Positions 37,292 to 44,390 of a stretch of DNA of 64,000 bases are shown piece by piece. The DNA is taken from the IMG/VR virus record IMGVR_UViG_3300045988_122291, positions 32,001 through 96,000 of that record; one strand, written 5' to 3'. Made by a program: the position numbers and the translations under genes. The notes under the pieces are model-generated. The model did no database searches, had not been told where the DNA came from, and saw only the letters and a list, made by a program, of their open reading frames with translations. The DNA comes from a virus. Every line of letters begins with the position of its first letter. Positions within the stretch are counted from its first letter, which is position 1.

Positions 37292-37666
37292 TTATTCAAA
37301 AGTGCCGATTTCTACTGAAGAAAGGTTATTTCTCATTTTAAAATTATCAGAAACTCCCAAAGCAAGTCTTATGCTGGGGTCTGAATATTTTTTTACAACC
37401 TCTACCCAATCTGCTTCGTTAGGCGAAAGATATGTCGCAATCGTCGAACTGTCGTTATCTACCATTACAAAGCGCATTGAAATATAAGCTACTCTGTCAC
37501 CAAAAGATTCTATTTTTAAGAAATAAGGTGGCTCAAGATAAGAAGTATTTGGCACATAAAAATACATGAGTGCAGTTGCTTCTGTAGGAACACTGCCTAC
37601 TAAAGCAGTTTTCCATACCAAACTTCCAGCCTGTTTCTCTTGCTTACCAGTCACAATACCGTTCAC
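37292..37666 (-). CDS. hypervariable small protein, MNGIVTGK family, copy C (GTG start)
   Basis: (GTG)NGIVTGKQEKQAGSLVWK... ends ..VEIGTFE. Confidence 0.6.
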   Translation of the reverse strand: MNGIVTGKQEKQAGSLVWKTALVGSVPTEATALMYFYVPNTSYLEPPYFLKIESFGDRVAYISMRFVMVDNDSSTIATYLSPNEADWVEVVKKYSDPSIRLALGVSDNFKMRNNLSSVEIGTFE

Positions 37667-37818
37667 TCTTGTGCACCTTCTTTCGGTGCATACTTCTCAT
37701 TGCTCAAATAATTTAGTGGGAGACTATGCCCCCCCCCAGTTGAAACTGAGGTTGACTTACAAATACACATTTTTGTGTCTCCTTTGTTATGTGTTGTTTG
37801 TAATTTGAGCAATGGGAA
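37663..37818 (-). promoter_or_regulatory. leader cassette C: uORF 37663..37770 (35 aa) with G9 (37729-37737), in the coupled (ON) frame
   Basis: ACAAAGGAGACACAAAA-ATG. MCICKSTSVSTGGGHSLPLNYLSNEKYAPKEGAQE. The TGA overlaps the GTG start (GTGA). SD hairpin TGCACC-GAAAGAA-GGTGCA (37672-37690). Flanking arms CATTGCTCAAAT/ATTTGAGCAATG (37803-37814 and 37698-37709). Confidence 0.65.
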
Positions 37819-37821
37819 GGG

Positions 37822-38178
37822 TTAAGAAAATAATTCAAAACCTAAATTACTATATTCATTAGTAGTAATAGTATTGGTATTGAAATTTATGGTAAGCGTT
37901 GCAACTGAAGAGCTACCTATGCCATTAAGAGTGATAACCGATTGTTTATAAATAGCCCCTGTTTCATATCCAGAACTGCTATTTATAACAATCGCATATT
38001 TCTCTTGAGGAAAAATCACACAATAGGTCGTATAATAACTACGATATGTTTCAGTAGCAATAACTGAATATTTATCTATATCAGTAATCGTTGCATTACC
38101 ATTGTAGTATTGCCGAACAGCAGAAGTTGGCACTTTACCACCAGTTGTTTCAATCTTACCCGTTACAATTCCGTTCAT
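37822..38178 (-). CDS. hypervariable small protein, MNGIVTGK family, copy D
   Basis: MNGIVTGKIETTGGKVPTS... ends ..LGFELFS. Confidence 0.6.
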   Translation of the reverse strand: MNGIVTGKIETTGGKVPTSAVRQYYNGNATITDIDKYSVIATETYRSYYTTYCVIFPQEKYAIVINSSSGYETGAIYKQSVITLNGIGSSSVATLTINFNTNTITTNEYSNLGFELFS

Positions 38179-38332
38179 CCAACAGCACCAACTTTCTTCA
38201 GTGCTGTTCCATTGCTCAAATTAAAGTTTAGGAGAATGCTAACGCATTGCCCCCCCCCAACTGAAGTCAGGGTTGACTGAATGTTAAACATAAATGTTCT
38301 CCTTTTGTATAGTTTTTATTTGAGCAATGGAA
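38175..38332 (-). promoter_or_regulatory. leader cassette D: uORF 38175..38291 (38 aa) with G9 (38250-38258), in the coupled (ON) frame
   Basis: CAAAAGGAGAACATTT-ATG. MFNIQSTLTSVGGGQCVSILLNFNLSNGTALKKVGAVG. The TGA overlaps the ATG (ATGA). Hairpin AACAGCAC..GTGCTGTT (38181-38208). Flanking 15-nt arms at 38318-38332 and 38207-38221. Confidence 0.65.
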
Positions 38333-38337
38333 GGGAA

Positions 38338-38691
38338 TTACCAATAAATGAAAACTGCCATATTCGTTCCGACATATGTTAATGTCATTGCTGAGAAATC
38401 GACAGTATACAATGCTGAAGTTGAAGTAGCGGGAGAATAAAAAGTATAGACAGTATCGGTAATTATTTTTCTATCTTCCCAATCAACGGGTTGAGGGAGA
38501 TATATGATATATTTTCCTTGTGGATATATCTCATAGCATCCGTGCGAACTTATATATGTTCTAATGCACCTTAATTTAGATATATCGAAAGGAGAATTTG
38601 TTTTATCAATAACAGGTCTTTCTATGCTTGTAGGCACAGTATCACTTATACTTTGCTTTTCTTCAATTTTACCGCTAACAATCCCATTCAT
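38338..38691 (-). CDS. hypervariable small protein, MNGIVTGK family, copy E
   Basis: MNGIVSGKIEEKQSISDT... Confidence 0.6.
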   Translation of the reverse strand: MNGIVSGKIEEKQSISDTVPTSIERPVIDKTNSPFDISKLRCIRTYISSHGCYEIYPQGKYIIYLPQPVDWEDRKIITDTVYTFYSPATSTSALYTVDFSAMTLTYVGTNMAVFIYW

Positions 38692-38838
38692 ACAGTCACC
38701 TGCTTTCGGTGACTAACATTGCTCAAAAAGGACTTTCGCCCTATTAGGAAGTTATTGCCCCCCCCAAGTGAAACATAAGTTCACTCAGAGAAAACTTGAT
38801 ACGCATGGTATCACTCCTTGTTATTTAATTGAGCAACG
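38692..38838 (-). promoter_or_regulatory. leader cassette E: uORF 38744..38806 (MRIKFSLSELMFHLGGAITS) with G8 (38758-38765), uncoupled (OFF) frame
   Basis: CAAGGAGTGATACC-ATG. With G9 it would read ...GGGNNFLIGRKSFLSNVSHRKQVTV and stop at a TGA overlapping ATG 38691 (ATGA). SD hairpin GTCACC-GAAAGCA-GGTGAC (38695-38713). Flanking arms at 38829-38838 and 38717-38726 with one G-U. Confidence 0.65.
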
Positions 38839-38860
38839 TGTGTGAAGGGTGGTTAAGTGG

Positions 38861-39202
38861 TTAGGAAATTTCGAGAATGCCAAGTTCTAATGAGTTCATA
38901 CATTCGCTAAAAGGAATGAAACGTGAAGCAGAATTAGTTCGAACCATACAAGCGCCTTGCCACTGGCTACAATAAATGTTGTCTGGTAAATCCAGTGTTA
39001 TGTGCCTTTCATCATCTCGCGAAATCACGAAATTTTTCACGCAAATTAAAGTAATATTATTACTTTTATCTATAATACGAATATACTTCAAAGCATTATA
39101 GTCAAAAGTAAAATTTGATTGACTTAAATCAATCGACTGTTCACTCTTAAACACCATACTACCAGCAGTCTTTTCAATCTTGCCAGTTACTATACCATTC
39201 AT
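38861..39202 (-). CDS. hypervariable small protein, MNGIVTGK family, copy F
   Basis: ATG at 39202 (the track starts at GTG 39205). MNGIVTGKIEKTAGSMVFK... ends ..LGILEIS. Confidence 0.6.
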   Translation of the reverse strand: MNGIVTGKIEKTAGSMVFKSEQSIDLSQSNFTFDYNALKYIRIIDKSNNITLICVKNFVISRDDERHITLDLPDNIYCSQWQGACMVRTNSASRFIPFSECMNSLELGILEIS

Positions 39203-39314
39203 CACAAGACCTCCTTTCGGAGGTTGCCAATCCTGTTGCTCAAAGGAAAGGCATTTCCAATCATTAGGTTAGAACAATGCCCCCCAAGTGAATGAGAGTT
39301 TTAGTCTTAATCAT
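39203..39314 (-). promoter_or_regulatory. leader cassette F: uORF 39264..39314 (MIKTKTLIHLGGIVLT) with G6 (39280-39285), uncoupled (OFF) frame
   Basis: TAAGGAGAATACAT-ATG. With G7 it would read ...GGHCSNLMIGNAFPLSNRIGNLRKEVL and stop at a TGA overlapping the start (UGAUG). SD hairpin ACCTCC-GAAA-GGAGGT (39209-39224). Confidence 0.65.
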
Positions 39315-39325
39315 ATGTATTCTCC

Positions 39326-39754
39326 TTACATATTGTCTACAATTTCGTGCATCTTATCTTCAAGATGAATCGCAACGAACGATAGTAACGCCCATGCACA
39401 ACAGAAGAATAGATTACACTGTCCAAAAAAGAAGGTAAACGGTAAGTGGCTGTAATCCCACACATCCATATGCAGGATGTTATTCAGCACTACACCAGTT
39501 AATCCTTCAAGAACTGTGATAACCACGGTTCCAATTACTACTTGTTGCCATTGCTTGAATTGGTGTTTTCCTTCGTTTAGCAGTCCTACAATAACGAAAC
39601 ATAGCCCGCCGAGAACTGCCATAGTCCAGTTGGTTGGTTTGCCTTTCCAAATGGTTTCGATGGCGAAGTAAAGCATACCACCCATCACACCAAACAGCGC
39701 ATGGACAAGTATTGAATTTAGTTTATGCTTCATAGCTTTAAGCCAACTTAGCAA
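39326..39754 (-). CDS. integral membrane protein (about 4 TM)
   Basis: Four hydrophobic helices. Lies directly upstream of the paralog array in the same operon. Confidence 0.5.
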   Translation of the reverse strand: MLSWLKAMKHKLNSILVHALFGVMGGMLYFAIETIWKGKPTNWTMAVLGGLCFVIVGLLNEGKHQFKQWQQVVIGTVVITVLEGLTGVVLNNILHMDVWDYSHLPFTFFFGQCNLFFCCAWALLSFVAIHLEDKMHEIVDNM

Positions 39755-40418
39755 GCATAGCGTCCATCTGAGCCTTTGCAGAAGCCAATACCTTAACTTC
39801 TTGTTCTGCCAGCTTACCAGTTAGTTCAGTTGCAAGGGTTACTGCCTTAACAGCGTCCTTATCTTCACAGCTATTTACATACTGTTTTAGCAAGTTACCG
39901 TGTGTAGTCAGCTTAGTGATGAGCGTTTGCATACTCACGTACAAGCTGACAATATCAGCCTTTGGATAAATTACACATTCCTTGCCGTCAGCATGGTAAG
40001 GAAATTCTTCAACGCCCATAACAACTGCATTAAAGATATTACCAATGTTGGCTTGGTCGTTTGCTGTTAGGCTGAAATGTTCATCACCATAAGAAGTCTT
40101 AACGTCAACGCCAGCATAAATAGTTTGCTCAACTGAATTGTTAAGAGAATTGATAACTTGACCACGAAGTTCTTCAATAGTCGGCTCATAAGGAGTAGGA
40201 GCTTCTTCCTTGTCCCAGTGAACCGTATTACCTACGCATTCCCAAATCTTATAATCTGACTTCTTGAGAGTGCAAAGTTCTTCGTCAATGTCAGTGACAA
40301 ATCGAATTGTATCACCAAGTTCAATATCATGAACCTTATCAAGCGTAATGTAGCAACGTTCGGAATTGATGATACCTTCTACATTTTCATATGTTTTCTT
40401 ATTAGTAATTAGTTTCAT
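39738..40418 (-). CDS. DUF4376-like (tail-fiber-associated domain) protein
   Basis: The central segment INSLNNSVEQTIYAGVDVKTSYGDEHFSLTANDQANIGNIFN resembles the DUF4376 domain of fiber and fiber-assembly proteins (from memory). Confidence 0.4.
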   Translation of the reverse strand: MKLITNKKTYENVEGIINSERCYITLDKVHDIELGDTIRFVTDIDEELCTLKKSDYKIWECVGNTVHWDKEEAPTPYEPTIEELRGQVINSLNNSVEQTIYAGVDVKTSYGDEHFSLTANDQANIGNIFNAVVMGVEEFPYHADGKECVIYPKADIVSLYVSMQTLITKLTTHGNLLKQYVNSCEDKDAVKAVTLATELTGKLAEQEVKVLASAKAQMDAMLAKLA

Positions 40419-40816
40419 TAAACTACCTCACCTACTACTTGAACAGTAAAATCTACTGAAGGCTTTGTAGAGCCAGAAGTTCTTAGAGTCAAAGTATTCG
40501 TACCTGTTGTGCCGTAATCTGCAAGCAATGCAAATGCAGTTTTCTGATTAGCCGCCGCTGTTGCGTCAGAACTCGGCAGAAGATAAATAATTGGCTGATA
40601 GCGCATATTGATAGCAAGACCACTAATTGTTTGTGTTTGCTGATAAACACCGCCACTTGAACTCCAACCACCAGAATAGAAAGTAGCTGTACCAAAAACG
40701 GTCTTGCCTACTTCAAGGTTTTGTCGTGCGCCTTGGGCAGTTGTTGCACCAGTGCCACCGTCAGGGATTGGAACAGGGTAAACGTAACCTTGCCCTGTTA
40801 TTGCTCCATAACCCAT
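40418..40816 (-). CDS. short tail-fiber-like protein
   Basis: The N-terminal PIPDGGTGATTAQGARQNLEVG motif is characteristic of phage fiber N-termini. Confidence 0.45.
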   Translation of the reverse strand: MGYGAITGQGYVYPVPIPDGGTGATTAQGARQNLEVGKTVFGTATFYSGGWSSSGGVYQQTQTISGLAINMRYQPIIYLLPSSDATAAANQKTAFALLADYGTTGTNTLTLRTSGSTKPSVDFTVQVVGEVV

Positions 40817-40870
40817 TCAATCACTTCCTTTTGTCAAAATTTAGGCGAATCTCTCGCCTTTGATATTAGC

Positions 40871-40899
40871 ATTATACCACATCCTTATACATTTGTCAA
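40871..40899 (-). promoter_or_regulatory. sigma-A-type promoter (TTGACA-17-TGgTATAAT) heading the fiber-like/paralog operon
   Basis: Consensus -35, 17-nt spacer, TG extension, consensus -10. Confidence 0.65.
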
Positions 40900-40921
40900 G
40901 AGGTAAATTGTAAATAATTTG

Positions 40922-42013
40922 TTAATTATTTAGAATATCAATCGTCCGTGCTTCATACAGCTTTTGCCATGCCTGAAAATCGCGGTCTACTGCATTTTCC
41001 TTGCGTTCAAGTAAACCCAAGCTATCCCACACAACATCAACTTGTGCAAGACCAGACCAAAGTTCAGCTTGCTTCATAATCTTATTGTTCCATTGCTCAA
41101 ACTCTGTGTCTGTGCCGCCAGTAGCATCATTATCTACAATAAGAACAACATGATTAACGCCCAACTTTAACAGTTGATTCCTGCGTTGTAAGCCAAGCTG
41201 TGAGCCGAACATAGCGACTGCTGTTGATTGTGAGCCGAGAAAGCTATGCAATTTAAGCACCGCTTTCTCGCTTTCGGCAATCATTACAGTACCAGTACGT
41301 TCTATTTCATATTGGTTCTGCGCCAATCCATATAGCACTGCGTTAGTAGGGAACTTATAGATAGTGCCATCCAACAGTTGCAAAGGTCGATATTTACCAT
41401 TTATTGCATTTTCACCCCAATACCTGCAACGAATCCCTACTAAGTCATAATTTTCATTGAACACAGGAATGGTCGTTCCCCATTCTCGTCCATACCAGCC
41501 GATACGAAACAAGGCTTGCGTTTCTTCGCTTATGCCTTCATTCACCCATTCTTGGCATGGTACATTGGGAATAGCGTCAAGAATAGAAATATCATAAGTC
41601 GGCAATAAACTACCGCCGTTTCGTACTGTAATGAACTTCTCAAGTCCAGACCAATCCGTGATATTAGGGTTGGCTACACGCTGAACTTGAGAAGATTCAA
41701 TACCAGTAACATCAAGAATGTAATTTACTGCGTCTACGAAAGAACAAGGTTGCTTTAGTAGAGATAATCGTGTTTGGGTTAGTGAGATAATGTCGTATGA
41801 ACGTCCAGCGGTTAAGCCAAGATAAATGCTTGTATCTGGATAAAATAGTAACTTTGCTGAACCATCTAAAGCATTAACATTCTTATCGCCAGTAAAGTAA
41901 ACAATTTCATTTGGGTGTTCCATGTAGATAGGAATACCCAACGACTTCATTATCTTTTTGTGGTCGTCAATAGTTAATCGGGCTTTCAGAGCCTTAGTAT
42001 TTATCTTAGCCAT
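40922..42013 (-). CDS. dnaG: DNA primase (Toprim domain)
   Basis: Toprim Glu in VMIAESEKAVLKL and DxD in VVLIVDNDATGG. Confidence 0.55.
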   Translation of the reverse strand: MAKINTKALKARLTIDDHKKIMKSLGIPIYMEHPNEIVYFTGDKNVNALDGSAKLLFYPDTSIYLGLTAGRSYDIISLTQTRLSLLKQPCSFVDAVNYILDVTGIESSQVQRVANPNITDWSGLEKFITVRNGGSLLPTYDISILDAIPNVPCQEWVNEGISEETQALFRIGWYGREWGTTIPVFNENYDLVGIRCRYWGENAINGKYRPLQLLDGTIYKFPTNAVLYGLAQNQYEIERTGTVMIAESEKAVLKLHSFLGSQSTAVAMFGSQLGLQRRNQLLKLGVNHVVLIVDNDATGGTDTEFEQWNNKIMKQAELWSGLAQVDVVWDSLGLLERKENAVDRDFQAWQKLYEARTIDILNN

Positions 42014-42031
42014 TTCCAGCCCGTCCTTTAC

Positions 42032-42460
42032 TTAGTCGATACTTGCTTCGTAATATCCTTTAGCTACATAGAAGTAAATCCCATCGTCCCTGTTCAGTGC
42101 AAACAAGACAGAATCACCACAAGCAATAAACTTTAGTGGCTCTTCTGGATGAGTGCGAAAATAATCAGCGGCTTCGCGAATCCAACCGTTAATGATTTGG
42201 TCTCTCTGCGGAACACCACCATTAAAATCATAAAAATTTTCTGGAAAATGCGGTGGATTATTTAGTGAAATTTCTTCTTCTTCCATGCAATGCCCGCTAC
42301 ACTCGGGGCAAAGCACATATGTTTGCTTATATTCATTGTGCCACGTTTCATCACTGCCGTACTCAAATTCACAACCACAAATAGGGCAAGTTGTGCGCTT
42401 TGTTACAATTTCGGGTGCGGTACTCTTAGTATCACCGTGCTTAATTACCTTCATCTTCAT
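42032..42460 (-). CDS. zinc-ribbon protein
   Basis: CPICG...CPECSGHC. Confidence 0.4.
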   Translation of the reverse strand: MKMKVIKHGDTKSTAPEIVTKRTTCPICGCEFEYGSDETWHNEYKQTYVLCPECSGHCMEEEEISLNNPPHFPENFYDFNGGVPQRDQIINGWIREAADYFRTHPEEPLKFIACGDSVLFALNRDDGIYFYVAKGYYEASID

Positions 42461-43595
42461 CCTCCTGTTCTTCTTGTGAAATACCGTAAGTTACAATAAA
42501 TTCCTTTACTGCTTTAGCAAATTCGTCAATCTCAGCTTGTGTAGTAGGGTTGACACCGCCGTCAAAACTTAGGCGAATACATTCGCTTGCTTCTTTTTCA
42601 GAATAGCCAGTGTGCATCAGCACACGATACCGCCCCTCACCATCTTCACATGAACTGTGTCCTACGCCAATATAAATCTTTTTGCTTGCAAGGAAAACTT
42701 GCAATGCGTCAGCGTATACACCGTTGATACGAAGGCATACAATATCAGTGATGTAATCTTCTGCGCCAGATAGAGCCATTGTACTGTGCTTAACACCTTG
42801 TTCAAACAGCGCGTTTCTAACGGCATTGTCCCATTCTTCTGTACAGCGATGATTATAATGCACTACACTACGCATAAGCGCATAAGCTGTACTTGTTGCA
42901 CTGTCAACGTCAGGAGTACCGATATAATCAATGCCGTTTAACCATTTATTAAATCGGTCGCTTACCCAAATGAAGCCTTGACCCTTTTCGCCGTGGAACT
43001 TGTGTGCACTTGCGATAATACAGTCACAGAAATTTTCAAGGTTCTTTGGAATATCATACTTGCCAATACTTGCGGTCATGTCGCAAACAAAGAAGCCGTT
43101 AAGTTCTCGTGCTACAGCACCAATATCGGCAACAGGGAAAACTTCACCAGTGATATTAGAAACAAGCTGACAGAATGTGATAGGAATGCAATTACGCCAC
43201 ATCTTATCTTTTACAATATCTTTGTCTTTCAGTTCATCAATATTGCAAACAAAGACGCCTCTTTCGCTGTTAGCAATACATTCGTGTTCATAGGGGGATT
43301 GAAGCAATGTGTGCCATTTAATTTTATCATTTTTGCTTTCATCTTCATCAGCGTCACTCATAGAATCGCTCCAAGCTTCTCTAATCTTATCAAATAGATA
43401 CTTGAACATCACACTCGCCGTACCACCAAACACAACCTTACCAGAACTTACACCGAGAGAGCACTTTACACTGGCTTCAGCGTTAGTTAACGCTTCACGG
43501 CTTTCTTCACCATAAGGTGTATTAGTGTTCAGCCAATGACATTGATATGAAGCATATTTAGGAAAAGTGGTAGCCGCGCTATCAAGATAAATCAT
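42441..43595 (-). CDS. class V aminotransferase / cysteine desulfurase-like protein
   Basis: N-terminal IYLDSAATT. PLP-lysine motif SAHKFHGEKGQG. Candidate catalytic Cys in GVGHSSCED. Confidence 0.55.
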   Translation of the reverse strand: MIYLDSAATTFPKYASYQCHWLNTNTPYGEESREALTNAEASVKCSLGVSSGKVVFGGTASVMFKYLFDKIREAWSDSMSDADEDESKNDKIKWHTLLQSPYEHECIANSERGVFVCNIDELKDKDIVKDKMWRNCIPITFCQLVSNITGEVFPVADIGAVARELNGFFVCDMTASIGKYDIPKNLENFCDCIIASAHKFHGEKGQGFIWVSDRFNKWLNGIDYIGTPDVDSATSTAYALMRSVVHYNHRCTEEWDNAVRNALFEQGVKHSTMALSGAEDYITDIVCLRINGVYADALQVFLASKKIYIGVGHSSCEDGEGRYRVLMHTGYSEKEASECIRLSFDGGVNPTTQAEIDEFAKAVKEFIVTYGISQEEQEDEDEGN

Positions 43596-43813
43596 TCGTC
43601 ATCACCTCCGATATTATTATACATAGTAATAATAAGATTTCCAAGAAAACACGTTAATACATTTATTCCCCAGAAAATAACATTAAAACCGATTTCTTGA
43701 GCCGAAACATTAACTTCCTTTGGTTCACCATCCATTGCGCTGTCAGCCAGCATATAAGCCGTTTTTACACAGCCAACGAACAGATAAATTAAAGCAAATA
43801 TCCAAAGTGTCAT
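43592..43813 (-). CDS. small membrane protein
   Basis: Two TM helices. Confidence 0.4.
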   Translation of the reverse strand: MTLWIFALIYLFVGCVKTAYMLADSAMDGEPKEVNVSAQEIGFNVIFWGINVLTCFLGNLIITMYNNIGGDDE

Positions 43814-44172
43814 TCTGTAATTTCTCCAATCTTTGATAGTGATTTAATATGCTTGATGCCATCCTTATCAATAAAATAAGAATAATACCAAATCTCACCA
43901 TTAAGTTCATAGGTGAAAATATTGTGTGTATCGCCCCATGCGCTTGTAATGCTCTCACTGGCAATTAGCTTACCATGATTAACAAGAAACTTAAGGTCGA
44001 TATGTGGCTTAACTTGCTGTTCAGTAAGGGTAACTTCTTTTCCTCGTGTCAAAATAACTGTATAAGTAATCACAGGACTTGTCATAGTATCAGCATCAAT
44101 TACAATACCGTCACCATAAATTGTTTTTACTTCCATGTTCTTTTCGTACACTGTCATCTTGTTTTCCTCCAA
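43810..44172 (-). CDS. hypothetical protein
   Basis: Co-directional ORF. Confidence 0.4.
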   Translation of the reverse strand: MEENKMTVYEKNMEVKTIYGDGIVIDADTMTSPVITYTVILTRGKEVTLTEQQVKPHIDLKFLVNHGKLIASESITSAWGDTHNIFTYELNGEIWYYSYFIDKDGIKHIKSLSKIGEITE

Positions 44173-44318
44173 ATTTTAATTCCATCAACAACAAGCCAAC
44201 ACACAAGTACACACCACCAAATTGTACCAAGCAGTAGCTTTGCATTCATAAAATTAACCAATGTGTAAAAGAAACTAACGATTGTAAATATTACACACAT
44301 CCACGTTGGCATTTCCAT
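44154..44318 (-). CDS. small membrane protein
   Basis: ATG at 44318 after AAAGGAGGTG; a promoter lies upstream. Confidence 0.4.
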   Translation of the reverse strand: MEMPTWMCVIFTIVSFFYTLVNFMNAKLLLGTIWWCVLVCWLVVDGIKIWRKTR

Positions 44319-44359
44319 AAGATACACCTCCTTTTGATGAACAACGTTCTTATGTGTTA

Positions 44360-44388
44360 ATGTATCATAAGAACGTTGATTTGTCAAG
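44360..44388 (-). promoter_or_regulatory. sigma-A-type promoter (TTGACA-17-TGaTACATT) nested in a 13-bp hairpin
   Basis: Arms CAACGTTCTTATG / CATAAGAACGTTG at 44367-44379 (in the spacer) and 44343-44355. Confidence 0.55.
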
Positions 44389-44390
44389 AA

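Noticed and set aside
37698-38838. The inverted repeats flanking the leaders as an invertible DNA switch acted on by the recombinase at 58245..59081
   Set aside because: The bracketed segments are only about 95 bp. One unit keeps pairing only through a G-U wobble, which matters for RNA and not for DNA sites. Unit B has the arms as a local hairpin. I kept this as an alternative to test in read data rather than as the primary reading.
40845-40870. The small hairpin AGGCGA-GAGAT-TCGCCT downstream of promoter 40871-40899 as a terminator
   Set aside because: The stem is only 6 bp with a weak T tract. It lies inside the 5' UTR of the operon it would terminate. I noted it as a possible UTR structure only.
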